A stretch of DNA of 64,000 bases from an uncultured Desulfatitalea sp. Lineage in GTDB: Bacteria > Desulfobacterota > Desulfobacteria > Desulfobacterales > Desulfosarcinaceae. The notes below the pieces were generated by a model. That model was not told the DNA's origin. It saw only the letters and a program-made list of their open reading frames with translations, and did not search any database. Location of the stretch: assembly GCA_963668675.2 (NCBI GenBank), contig CAXXMB010000002.1:1152001-1216000 (forward strand). Reading direction: 5' to 3'. This document shows positions 28,532 to 37,184 of this stretch, piece after piece (position 1 is the first letter of the stretch; every line of letters begins with the position of its first letter). The translations under genes and the position numbers were made by a program.

Positions 28532-29843
28532 GGGCACCTCCTTCATGCAGTGTCTCTTTCATCTCGGTCATGGAGACCGAGGGCAGATGTTTCACGAAGA
28601 GAACAAAGAGGAAGAAAAAGAGACAAAAACTGCCGATCATGATGCCGAACTCCACCAGCGTGGGCCGGTACAACCCCCAGGCGTAAGGCAAGAAATCATG
28701 GGCCACGGAGCCGATGATGATAACGAATCGCTCGTACCACATACCGATATTGACAAAGATGGAGATCACGAAGAGCCACTTGATATGGGTGCGCACCCGC
28801 TTGACAAGAAAGAGCAGCGGAATGACCGTATTGCAGATCACCATGATCCAGTACTCCACGGAATAGTCGCCGAACATGCGCCAGCGAAAGGTCTCCATCT
28901 CCACGATGTTGTGGCTGTACCAGGCGATAAAAACCTCTGTTCCGTATGCGAAGCCGACGATCAAACCAGTGAAAACGATTGTCTTGGCTACGCTCTCCAA
29001 CACTTTAACGGTGATGATCTTTTCGTAGTGAAACAGCTTGCGCAGTGGAATCATCAATGTCAGAACCATGGCGAGGCCCGAGTGGATGGCGCCAGCTACG
29101 AAGTAAGGGGCGAAGATGGTGGTGTGCCAGCCGGGCACGACACCCAAGGCAAAATCCCACGACACCACGCTGTGAACCGATATGACCAGCGGGGTGGCCA
29201 GGGCCGCGAAGAAGAGATAGCCGCGGGCGTAGTGCCGCCACTGTTCGTACTCGCCGGTCCAACCGAGGGAGATGATGGTAAAAATCTTACGGCGCACCCC
29301 CGTGGCGCGGTCCCGGATGGCCGCCAGGTCGGGCAGCATGCCCGTGAACCAGAAGAGCGAGCTGACCGTCAGGTAGGTACTGATGGCCACCACGTCAAAC
29401 ATGAGCGGGGATTGAAAATTGGGCCATAGGGTGCGCTGGTTGGGAAAGGGCAGCATGTAGAAGACCATCCAGACCCGTCCGAGATGGATAAATGGATAGA
29501 GGCCGGCCGTGCAGACGGCAAAGACCGTCATGGTTTCAGCCGCCCGGGCGATGGGATTTCGCCATCCAGCTCTGAACAGATGTAAAATCGCCGAGATCAG
29601 GGTGCCGGAGTGGGCGATACCGACCCAGAAGACAAAGTTGATCAGGTAGGTACCCCAATGGACCGGATTGTTCTGGCCGGCCACACCAATGCCGGTGAAA
29701 ATCTGATAGAGCCAGCAGGCCGCCCCCATGAGCACGCCGCAAAAGAGCAGCGCCACAATCACCCAGTAGCTTCGCCCCGGGGGTGCCAGGGTATCGATGA
29801 CGGTGTCGTCGATGGACTGATAGGTGAGTGCCGAATCGTTCAT
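28521..29843 (-). CDS. ACIII quinol-oxidising subunit ActC (NrfD/PsrC family)
   Basis: NFVFWVGIAHSGTLISA, RAAE.MT, IHLGRVW, WPNFQSPL.FD..AISTY, PLVISVHSVVS.DFA, GWHTTIF.PYFVAGAI.SG, GMWYERF. Confidence 0.93.
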   Translation of the reverse strand: MNDSALTYQSIDDTVIDTLAPPGRSYWVIVALLFCGVLMGAACWLYQIFTGIGVAGQNNPVHWGTYLINFVFWVGIAHSGTLISAILHLFRAGWRNPIARAAETMTVFAVCTAGLYPFIHLGRVWMVFYMLPFPNQRTLWPNFQSPLMFDVVAISTYLTVSSLFWFTGMLPDLAAIRDRATGVRRKIFTIISLGWTGEYEQWRHYARGYLFFAALATPLVISVHSVVSWDFALGVVPGWHTTIFAPYFVAGAIHSGLAMVLTLMIPLRKLFHYEKIITVKVLESVAKTIVFTGLIVGFAYGTEVFIAWYSHNIVEMETFRWRMFGDYSVEYWIMVICNTVIPLLFLVKRVRTHIKWLFVISIFVNIGMWYERFVIIIGSVAHDFLPYAWGLYRPTLVEFGIMIGSFCLFFFLFVLFVKHLPSVSMTEMKETLHEGGAHAD

Positions 29844-29932
29844 TGAATGCGTTTCTCTATGCTTCTAAAGTAGAAAATTAAAGTAAATGTGCTCTGCTGT
29901 TTCCACAGACGTTCAGTCGAAACACCTGCCGC

Positions 29933-32881
29933 CTAAACCTCCTGAACCACTTTCTTCAAATAGATCACCGCCGGTTTGGTATTCAAATAGCCCATCACCT
30001 GGTATGCGCGCGGATCTTCTATCTTTTTGCGCACCGCGCTGTTCGGATCCATCAAATTCCCGAAGACCAGAGCATCGGTCGGGCAGGTCTGCACGCAGGC
30101 CGGCATCACCTCTCCGTCGCGGATGTCGCGCTTTTCGTTCTTGGCCTGGTTGTGGGCCTCTTTGATGCGCTGGATACAGAACGAGCACTTCTCCATCACG
30201 CCTTTGCTGCGGACGGTGACGTCGGGATTGAGCTGCAGGTTGAGCGGTACCGGCCATTGCCAGTCGAACCAGTTGAATCGCCGGACTTTATACGGACAGT
30301 TCTGGGCACAGAAGCGCGTACCGATGCAGCGGTTGTATATCTGGTTGTTGAGCCCCTCTTTCGAGTGGTGGGGGGCATAGACCGGGCAGACCGATTCGCA
30401 CGGTGCATTGTCGCAGTGCTGGCACATCATGGGCAGAAAAATCAGACGCGTCGGGTCTTGGTGATCCTGGTAGCGCTCGATACGTATCCAGGCCATCTCG
30501 CGCCCCTCGATAATCCGCTGTTCGCCGACCATGCCCAGGTTGTTCTCCGCATAACAGCCGGCCACGCAGGCGCTGCAACCGATGCAGCGATCCAAATCCA
30601 CGGTCATCCCCCAGCGGTACCCTTCGTGGTCGTGCGCCGGGTAGATGTCGCGCGAATGGTCGTAGCCTTCGGGCAACGGGAGCGTGAAGGGGAAATCGTT
30701 CATGGTCAACCCCTGCCCCAACTGTTCGGGACGAGATGCCGCTTTCAAAGGGACACTCAAGGCAATCTTGCGATCGTACTGGCTGCTGCTCCCCGACAGG
30801 ATGGCCAGGGCGGCCCGTCCACCCCTGACGTCCATTCGTTTTATAACGGCAGCGTAATCCGGCGCCCCGGTGGCAGGGTCCGTCCCCGCTCCTAACAAGG
30901 CGACCGGATTGGCGCCCTGGTTTCGGGCGTAGCGGCCCATATGGGTATGCCCCTGGCCTGCCGGAACCGCCACGACAGAGGGGTGTATGCCGGCGTGGCC
31001 GACGGCCTGCACGGCGATCTCCCCATGGGCAGTGGCAATTTGAATCGATTGACCGTCGGACCATCCCCTTTCGGCCATGGCCTCTGGATGCACCATGGCC
31101 AGCGTCTGCCACGCCACCTGGGAGAGGGGATCGGGGATTTCGGGAAGCCACGGCCGATCGGCATTCCGGCCATCGTAGAACCGCAGCGAGGGCACCACCT
31201 GAACGACGTCCCCCTTGCGTGTCTCCGTTGTATTCAGATCCAGGAGCTCGGCCAGCGTGCGCACCGGAGCCGCATCGAGACGCGGTGCGGGTTTGGATAC
31301 GGGCTGATCGGCCACGTAATGGCCACCGCTCTGAATCAGTTTCAGCCACTCGCCTTCATCGGCAATGGTGTGCCCGCGAACGAGCCGCTGGGTCAGATAT
31401 TGGCGATAATCGCCGGAAGGACGTCTGTCGGCAGGCAGCAGGTCGAGAAAAATGTCTCCGATATTGGGTGCCGCTGAAATCTTGCCCAAAGTGGGCTGCA
31501 TCGTGGCAACCATGGCCTGTTTGCTCTCGTAGGCATCCCAACTCTCCAATGGATGCTGTTGCGGCACAATCAGGTCGGCGGCTGCGGCCGTCTCATCCAT
31601 AATGTTGGTGAACGCCACAACGAAACAGCGCTCGTCGGAGAGCGCCGTATTCACACCGGTGTCGACCGGCAGACTGTAGAGGGGGTTGACCCTGTTCAGC
31701 AGCAGCAGCTCCACCGGACGGTCAGCCAACTGCTTCCAGAAGGTGTTGATCTCTGCACGCGTATTGGCAATCTCAACCCGGTGGCGCTGGTCGAAATCGT
31801 AGCGTTCAAAGGTCGGATCGAGGATGGTGTTGAGCAGCACCGAAGCCAGGTCCGCAGCTACCGAAGCGGCACCGTAAGCGGTGGTAGCTGTCGGCAGCAC
31901 CAGCGGCCTGCGTGCTGCCAGGAGTCGCCGGGCCAATCCCCGCACGGTCTCAATCGGCACCCCCGGTTCGCCCGCAGGATTGTCAGAGCGGTACCTGGCG
32001 CTCACCTCCATCAGGGCCGTACGAAAGGTGATGGGAAGATTGCGACCCAATCCCCCGTCGAGAAGCTCTGCGATCAGTGCCATGGCGACGGAGGCTTCAG
32101 CACCGGGGCGGCACACGATCCACTGGTCGGCATTGGCAGCCGTCAGGGATTGGTATGCACTGACGTGTGTGTAAAAGCCCTTGTGCCCGTTGTCCCAGGC
32201 ATGCATGGCTTTGAACTTGCGGCTGTACTCCACCGGTGAAAGCCAGTTCTCAAGAAAATCGGCCCCCAACCCGACGATCATATCCGCCTGGTCGAGATGA
32301 TAGCCGGGCAGCATGTCCCTACCGAAGAGCTGATGGTGGGCGAACTTGAGCGACTCATAGGCAAAGGGCTCAAATATCAAGGGCCCCTGGGAACCATGGC
32401 CCTTCAGCACCGATTGAAAAAGTTCGAGCAGATGCTGCCCCACCACCTCCGTAAGCATGGCGACACGATCGGGACCCTTGGCCGATGCCTGAAGGGATTT
32501 TTTTTGGATCAGTGTCAGTGCCTGGCCAAAAGAGATCTTCTTCCATCCCTCCCCCTCCTTAAGCATCGGGGTGTGAATGCGATCCGGATGGTAGAGCGCC
32601 TGCAGGGCCGCGTGGCCGCGGGCGCACAGCTTGCCTCGGTTGATCGGATGCAGGGGGTTGCCCTCCAGCTTGACCACGCGCCCTTCACGGTTCTTGGCCA
32701 GGAGACCGCAGCCGGCCGGGCATTCCCGGCATGTGGAGGCATACCAGGTGGCTTCGCCGGTCACCATATCTTCCGGTGCCCGTACCAGAGTGAATAGATT
32801 TCTTTCAGGATGGGAGTTGCAACCGGCGGCAAAAGCCACGCTGCCCATTCCGGTCATTTTAAGAAAGGTTCTTCGATCCAT
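29933..32881 (-). CDS. ACIII subunit ActB-like: Tat lipoprotein, molybdopterin-oxidoreductase-like domain fused to a 4-cluster Fe-S domain
   Basis: MDRRTFLK..AAGC; CRECPAGC..KLCARG; CIGCSAC, CQHCDNAPC, CIGTRFC (3Fe-4S type), MEKCSFCIQRI, PACVQTCP. Confidence 0.9.
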   Translation of the reverse strand: MDRRTFLKMTGMGSVAFAAGCNSHPERNLFTLVRAPEDMVTGEATWYASTCRECPAGCGLLAKNREGRVVKLEGNPLHPINRGKLCARGHAALQALYHPDRIHTPMLKEGEGWKKISFGQALTLIQKKSLQASAKGPDRVAMLTEVVGQHLLELFQSVLKGHGSQGPLIFEPFAYESLKFAHHQLFGRDMLPGYHLDQADMIVGLGADFLENWLSPVEYSRKFKAMHAWDNGHKGFYTHVSAYQSLTAANADQWIVCRPGAEASVAMALIAELLDGGLGRNLPITFRTALMEVSARYRSDNPAGEPGVPIETVRGLARRLLAARRPLVLPTATTAYGAASVAADLASVLLNTILDPTFERYDFDQRHRVEIANTRAEINTFWKQLADRPVELLLLNRVNPLYSLPVDTGVNTALSDERCFVVAFTNIMDETAAAADLIVPQQHPLESWDAYESKQAMVATMQPTLGKISAAPNIGDIFLDLLPADRRPSGDYRQYLTQRLVRGHTIADEGEWLKLIQSGGHYVADQPVSKPAPRLDAAPVRTLAELLDLNTTETRKGDVVQVVPSLRFYDGRNADRPWLPEIPDPLSQVAWQTLAMVHPEAMAERGWSDGQSIQIATAHGEIAVQAVGHAGIHPSVVAVPAGQGHTHMGRYARNQGANPVALLGAGTDPATGAPDYAAVIKRMDVRGGRAALAILSGSSSQYDRKIALSVPLKAASRPEQLGQGLTMNDFPFTLPLPEGYDHSRDIYPAHDHEGYRWGMTVDLDRCIGCSACVAGCYAENNLGMVGEQRIIEGREMAWIRIERYQDHQDPTRLIFLPMMCQHCDNAPCESVCPVYAPHHSKEGLNNQIYNRCIGTRFCAQNCPYKVRRFNWFDWQWPVPLNLQLNPDVTVRSKGVMEKCSFCIQRIKEAHNQAKNEKRDIRDGEVMPACVQTCPTDALVFGNLMDPNSAVRKKIEDPRAYQVMGYLNTKPAVIYLKKVVQEV

Positions 32882-33054
32882 GCACCGCGCCTGTCGGTCT
32901 TGCCGCACATCGGCGGCTGTGGTTGTTCGCTCCAGCCGCCCGGCCCTAGCATACAGCACGATCCCTCGTATGCGTCGTTTTCCCAGTGCGGCAGTGAGAG
33001 CGGTATTTATTACGGTGAACGTTTCGGAAGCAATCTGGAACTGAACTTCTCAAA

Positions 33055-33084
33055 GTGGTAACAGAAGCAGGACCGGATTGTCAA
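33055..33084 (-). promoter_or_regulatory. candidate sigma70 promoter for the act-cco cluster
   Basis: TTGACA-N18-TACCAC with an extended TG. Confidence 0.4.
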
Positions 33085-33088
33085 TCGG

Positions 33089-33934
33089 TTATAGGTTCAA
33101 GCCTGCCTGACGCATCAATGGCATGAGGTGGTCAAGGCTCTCCCGGCCAGCCTCCTCAGGGCGATCCACATAGGGGTAGAGCTCCAGACTGATATCGCGA
33201 GAGTAGCCGAGCGAGCGCATCGCGCCAAACACAGCCGGAAAATCGATAGCCCCCAACCCGGCGATCAGATGATTGTGCTCGCGGTTTGCAGCGATATCCT
33301 CGATGTGCATGTGGCCTACCCACTCGAACAGCTCTTCGAAGGCGCCGGCCGGATCCTCACCCGCACAGAAGAAGTGGCCGATGTCGAAATTGATGCCCAC
33401 CGCATCGCAGCGGATCTCCCGAACGAACGGTTTGATCTCCGAAACGCGCTCCATGAGCAGGTCCGGCTCGGGCTCGATGAGCAGTTGTACGCCCAACGCT
33501 TCGGCCCTGGGGATTACCCGGTCCAATCCGTTGTGAAACAGAGAGAGCGCCTCCTTGCGGGTCATGCCTTTTTCCAAAGGGCCGCCCGGTGGGACAGAGA
33601 TATTGGCACATCCGACGGCCACTGCAATTTCGAGGCAGGCCAAGGTGTGGTCCACCCGGATCTGGCGACGCTCGGCCTCGGGTTCGATCCACGATGGCAG
33701 ATAGGTGTCTCCCACGGCAAAGAGGGTGAAACTGTTCAGGTTGGTCGGCTTCAACTGGTTGGCATCCAAGCGACGCTTGACCGCATCCAACTCGTCGGCA
33801 CCATACTCCGGCGGGTAGAGATGGGGCTGGTCGCACATGATCTCCACCCCCTTGAAACCAAGTTCGGCGATTTTGTCCAAAGCGTCCAGAAGCGAGAATT
33901 TCACAAAGGCGTTGGTGCTGTAACCGAAGACCAT
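33089..33934 (-). CDS. sugar phosphate isomerase/epimerase (xylose isomerase-like TIM barrel)
   Basis: metal motifs IEPEP, NFDIGH, HMHIED, LELY; H.HL..G.GAIDF. Confidence 0.88.
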   Translation of the reverse strand: MVFGYSTNAFVKFSLLDALDKIAELGFKGVEIMCDQPHLYPPEYGADELDAVKRRLDANQLKPTNLNSFTLFAVGDTYLPSWIEPEAERRQIRVDHTLACLEIAVAVGCANISVPPGGPLEKGMTRKEALSLFHNGLDRVIPRAEALGVQLLIEPEPDLLMERVSEIKPFVREIRCDAVGINFDIGHFFCAGEDPAGAFEELFEWVGHMHIEDIAANREHNHLIAGLGAIDFPAVFGAMRSLGYSRDISLELYPYVDRPEEAGRESLDHLMPLMRQAGLNL

Positions 33935-33997
33935 TTTCTTATCTTATCCTTTCCAGTTGAATTGGCGTTGCCGACAGATATGCCTCCTGCGGTTGTT

Positions 33998-35173
33998 TCA
34001 ATCCCGAGAGCCCACCACCCGCTCGGCAATCCTCTTTTCCAGACGATCCAAGGCCGTCAGCTGATCCTGGAACGTTAAAGGCGGCTGATGGCCCACCGCC
34101 TTTTTGAAATAGAAGCCCAGTTCAGGACAGGGGCCACCAAGGTCGGCGATTTTCAGCGCCGCTGCCCAACGGGCAAGATCGATGACCATGGGGGCGGCCA
34201 GAATGCTGTCCCGCCCCTGCCAATTGAGACGCAGGCTCATCGGCAGCCCGAAAATACCCTTGAAATCAATAACATCCCAAGCCTCTTTGGCATCGCCGCG
34301 CGGTGGGTAGTAATCGATGTGAACCTTATGACTCGTTTCTCCGTAAGATGCACCGACACCATACCCGAGAACCTCATCGAGCAGGTTGGTTTTATTCTGC
34401 AGCTTGCCGCAGGCCCGATCCGGGTCCATCAAATTCTTGCCATCCGCATTACCCAGGATATTCAGACTGTACCATCCGTCCACATGCAACGACCGCGCCT
34501 TGAGGGCCGAAGCCAACACCACCTTCAAGTAGGTCTGTCCGGTTTTACCGTCCCGTCCCGCCAAGGGCACGTTGCGTGATTCAGCCTCCCGGCAGATCAG
34601 TGGCAACTCAATGGTGTTGGGCGAAAAATTGACAATGGGAATGCCTTCCTGCAGCGCCGCCAGAGCATAACTCAAATCGGGAGCCGCAGACGACTCCAGC
34701 CGGGTCAGATCTTCCAGAGACTCCAGCCGATGGGCTTGACCGAAGTCGCATGCGGCCGGTAACAGATTGACCATCACAGGCTGCACCCCGGAGTGGCGGC
34801 CCAGGAGCGTTTGCATATCGTGGCGTATGGCGTCCACCTGGGCTGCCAGGGTGGCGTCCTGGCTTGGCGCCGGTCTCAGCTCGATATTGGCCAACGCCTC
34901 TGCGTGGGGCTGCCATTGGGATTCCGGGATCACCCCATGGCGGCGGATGGCCTGGACCAGCGGGACCGGATCGCTGTCCCAGCCCACCATATGCATCGTT
35001 TCAGGTACGCCGAAACCGCTGAACCGACCCGTGGTGGTCAGCCCGGTCAAGACGTTGTCGGGGTTTCGTAGCAACTCGGCAAGTGCCAGTGCCACCGTTG
35101 TACCGATGGCGCCTTTGGCGCCCGCCACCATCAGCAGCAATTCAGCATCTGGGGTCTCGTCTGGTCTGGTCAT
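33998..35173 (-). CDS. myo-inositol-1-phosphate synthase family protein
   Basis: AGAKGAIG, GRDGKTGQT, NILGNADG, YYPPRGD.KEAWD, GRDSILAAP..IDL, FYFK. Confidence 0.87.
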   Translation of the reverse strand: MTRPDETPDAELLLMVAGAKGAIGTTVALALAELLRNPDNVLTGLTTTGRFSGFGVPETMHMVGWDSDPVPLVQAIRRHGVIPESQWQPHAEALANIELRPAPSQDATLAAQVDAIRHDMQTLLGRHSGVQPVMVNLLPAACDFGQAHRLESLEDLTRLESSAAPDLSYALAALQEGIPIVNFSPNTIELPLICREAESRNVPLAGRDGKTGQTYLKVVLASALKARSLHVDGWYSLNILGNADGKNLMDPDRACGKLQNKTNLLDEVLGYGVGASYGETSHKVHIDYYPPRGDAKEAWDVIDFKGIFGLPMSLRLNWQGRDSILAAPMVIDLARWAAALKIADLGGPCPELGFYFKKAVGHQPPLTFQDQLTALDRLEKRIAERVVGSRD

Positions 35174-35299
35174 CTTTTACGCTTCCATCTCAACGGGTCA
35201 GGTTATCCAACTTTCAGCACCGCAGGAGCGGCTCCTTCCCGATTGCAGGCATCGGGACGAGAACCGCTCTCTCGGTCTACTGCACTTTTGATGCGACGA

Positions 35300-35836
35300 C
35301 TACTCCGCGCCACCGATGACGAAACCCTTGGTGGTGCCTCCGGTGGATGACGGTGTCCCGGCGATGCGCGCCAGGTAGGCGGCACCAAGTTTTTCAATGT
35401 GATCGCCAATGTTGTCAAAGTAGTTGTAATGCTCCTGCTCTTCATCGATGATGCTCTCGAAGAGTTTCATGCTGACGCTGTCGCCGTTCTCCCGGCAGAC
35501 CAACAAAAACTCATTGTAAACGTCGATGGTATAATCTTCCAGGTTGGCATCAAACGGGAAGACGTCTTCGACCGCCTGCCCCTTTTTGGGCTTGGCGTCC
35601 GGTTCTGTTACCGGCTCGCCGCCCATCTCCTTTATGCGCTCGGCAAACATCTCGGCATGGCGCATCTCGTCGATGGCGATGAGCTTGATGTTGGCTGCCA
35701 GCTCGCCATAGTCCATATCATCGAGATTGTAGTGTTGGTTCATGTACTGACTGATGGCTTGCAGCTCCATGGCCCTGGCTTTGTTCAACACTTCGATGAC
35801 CTTGCCTTTTCTTGTTTTTTTTGCAGCTTTCGGCAT
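35300..35836 (-). CDS. bfr: bacterioferritin (Desulfovibrio type)
   Basis: ARAMELQAISQYMNQHY.LDDMDYGELAAN.KLIAIDEMRHAE; ferroxidase E/H residues and heme-ligand Met retained. Confidence 0.95.
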   Translation of the reverse strand: MPKAAKKTRKGKVIEVLNKARAMELQAISQYMNQHYNLDDMDYGELAANIKLIAIDEMRHAEMFAERIKEMGGEPVTEPDAKPKKGQAVEDVFPFDANLEDYTIDVYNEFLLVCRENGDSVSMKLFESIIDEEQEHYNYFDNIGDHIEKLGAAYLARIAGTPSSTGGTTKGFVIGGAE

Positions 35837-35947
35837 GACAGACCTCCTCCTTATTGATTGAGGGACAACAAACTTGACGCTGCGACCAATACGATAGCGT
35901 CAATCTTTTCCTTGACAAAACCAGGCGAGGTAACGGTTGACGGCACC

Positions 35948-36451
35948 TCATCTGTTCGTGTTCGGTTCTCCGTCCGGATTAAATCTGAGTTCATTCACAT
36001 CGATGTTTTTGGCCGCTGCCTCGATCTCTTCCAACGAAATTTCGGGTAGCGTGATGCGGTCGGGCCTCAGGCTTTTGGCTCCCCGCAAATAGACGTGGAT
36101 GATCTCTTTACTGCTCTTGTGGGTGTTCCAGTGAACCAGCACGCGTATGCAGCGGGAGAGGCCGTTGGGCACCTGCATTTCATGGCCGCACAGCAAAGCA
36201 GCATCATACCAGCCGAGTTGGCGGGCCGCCAGGGCCGGATAGGTGGCCGTCAAATCAGTCGTTGTCGTAAAATAGACACTGGCGATATCCTCCGGATCGA
36301 TCTGGTTGGCACGAATCATGATGAACAACATCTCACGCGTCGCTTCAAGAATGGACTCACTGCTATTTTCAGTCACCGTGGTGGCACCGCGGATACCACG
36401 GCAACGAACGGCCTGCCCATTGGCTGAATCGCCCTCGTTCTTACCGGACAT
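35948..36451 (-). CDS. aroH: chorismate mutase AroH class
   Basis: RGIRGATTV, FTTTTDL.A.YPA.AAR, HEM.V..L.RCIRVL, HVYLRGA..LRPD. Confidence 0.93.
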   Translation of the reverse strand: MSGKNEGDSANGQAVRCRGIRGATTVTENSSESILEATREMLFIMIRANQIDPEDIASVYFTTTTDLTATYPALAARQLGWYDAALLCGHEMQVPNGLSRCIRVLVHWNTHKSSKEIIHVYLRGAKSLRPDRITLPEISLEEIEAAAKNIDVNELRFNPDGEPNTNR

Positions 36452-36479
36452 GGAACATCTCTCCGTTTCAACGTCTTTT

Positions 36480-37184
36480 TTAAAGATGAAGCGCGTGCCG
36501 CTGCCCATCTATCTCTAATGTGGTCTTCGAGTAGGTCAGCTTATTGATGATCTTGCCCTCTTGAAAATGCATCACATCCACACCCCTGCGCTTCTCCGGC
36601 TTACCCTCAAACCCCTTCTCGCGACATGGCCATTCGAGCAGCCATCTGTAGAGCACTTTCTGTTCCGCTTCGTCGATAAAAAGCTCCTCGTCGATAAAAC
36701 GGAAACCGCCATCGGCAAACCACTGCTGCCACGCCTTGCGCAGCGACGCCTTGCCATTCGCCCTGCCACCGGTCCAGTTGTCGAACACAACATCGTCGTG
36801 CATCAGCGCCAGAACACCTTCCAGGTCGTAGCGCCCCCAAGCCTGGTTCCACGTTTCGATGGCGCTGCGGATCTCTTCTCTCTTTAGCGTCATGACCGGC
36901 TCCTTTCGCGTTCGGGTTTCAACATGGTGTATAAATGCCGTTGCATCCTCGGGCGTGGTGATCACCCACACCGGCAACTGCTCGAAGGGCGACAGATCTG
37001 CACAGGCGGTGGGGCACCCTTGCACGGCCAGGATGAGATCGACCCCTTCACTCTCCGGCCTCACAAAGACAGCATTGGCGCCGAGTCGTTCCTGAAGCTG
37101 ACGCACCAGATCGACCCGGTCGTAATCGGGTTTGCATCCACCGCAGTATTTCAACCCGACAACCAGAGGGCCGGGATCACTCAT
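36480..37184 (-). CDS. fusion: N-terminal KYCGGC..GC..AC domain + SnoaL/NTF2-like domain
   Basis: VGLKYCGGCKPDYDR, VQGCPTACA; WNQAW..D..GV..LM.DDVVF, GVDVMHF..GKI..K.TY; overlaps the abfD stop. Confidence 0.75.
   Translation of the reverse strand: MSDPGPLVVGLKYCGGCKPDYDRVDLVRQLQERLGANAVFVRPESEGVDLILAVQGCPTACADLSPFEQLPVWVITTPEDATAFIHHVETRTRKEPVMTLKREEIRSAIETWNQAWGRYDLEGVLALMHDDVVFDNWTGGRANGKASLRKAWQQWFADGGFRFIDEELFIDEAEQKVLYRWLLEWPCREKGFEGKPEKRRGVDVMHFQEGKIINKLTYSKTTLEIDGQRHALHL

Noticed and set aside
26131..32881. Calling the cluster QrcABCD or a polysulfide reductase
   Set aside because: The fused ActB with CIGTRxC plus ActD, ActF and ActE-like genes fits ACIII better
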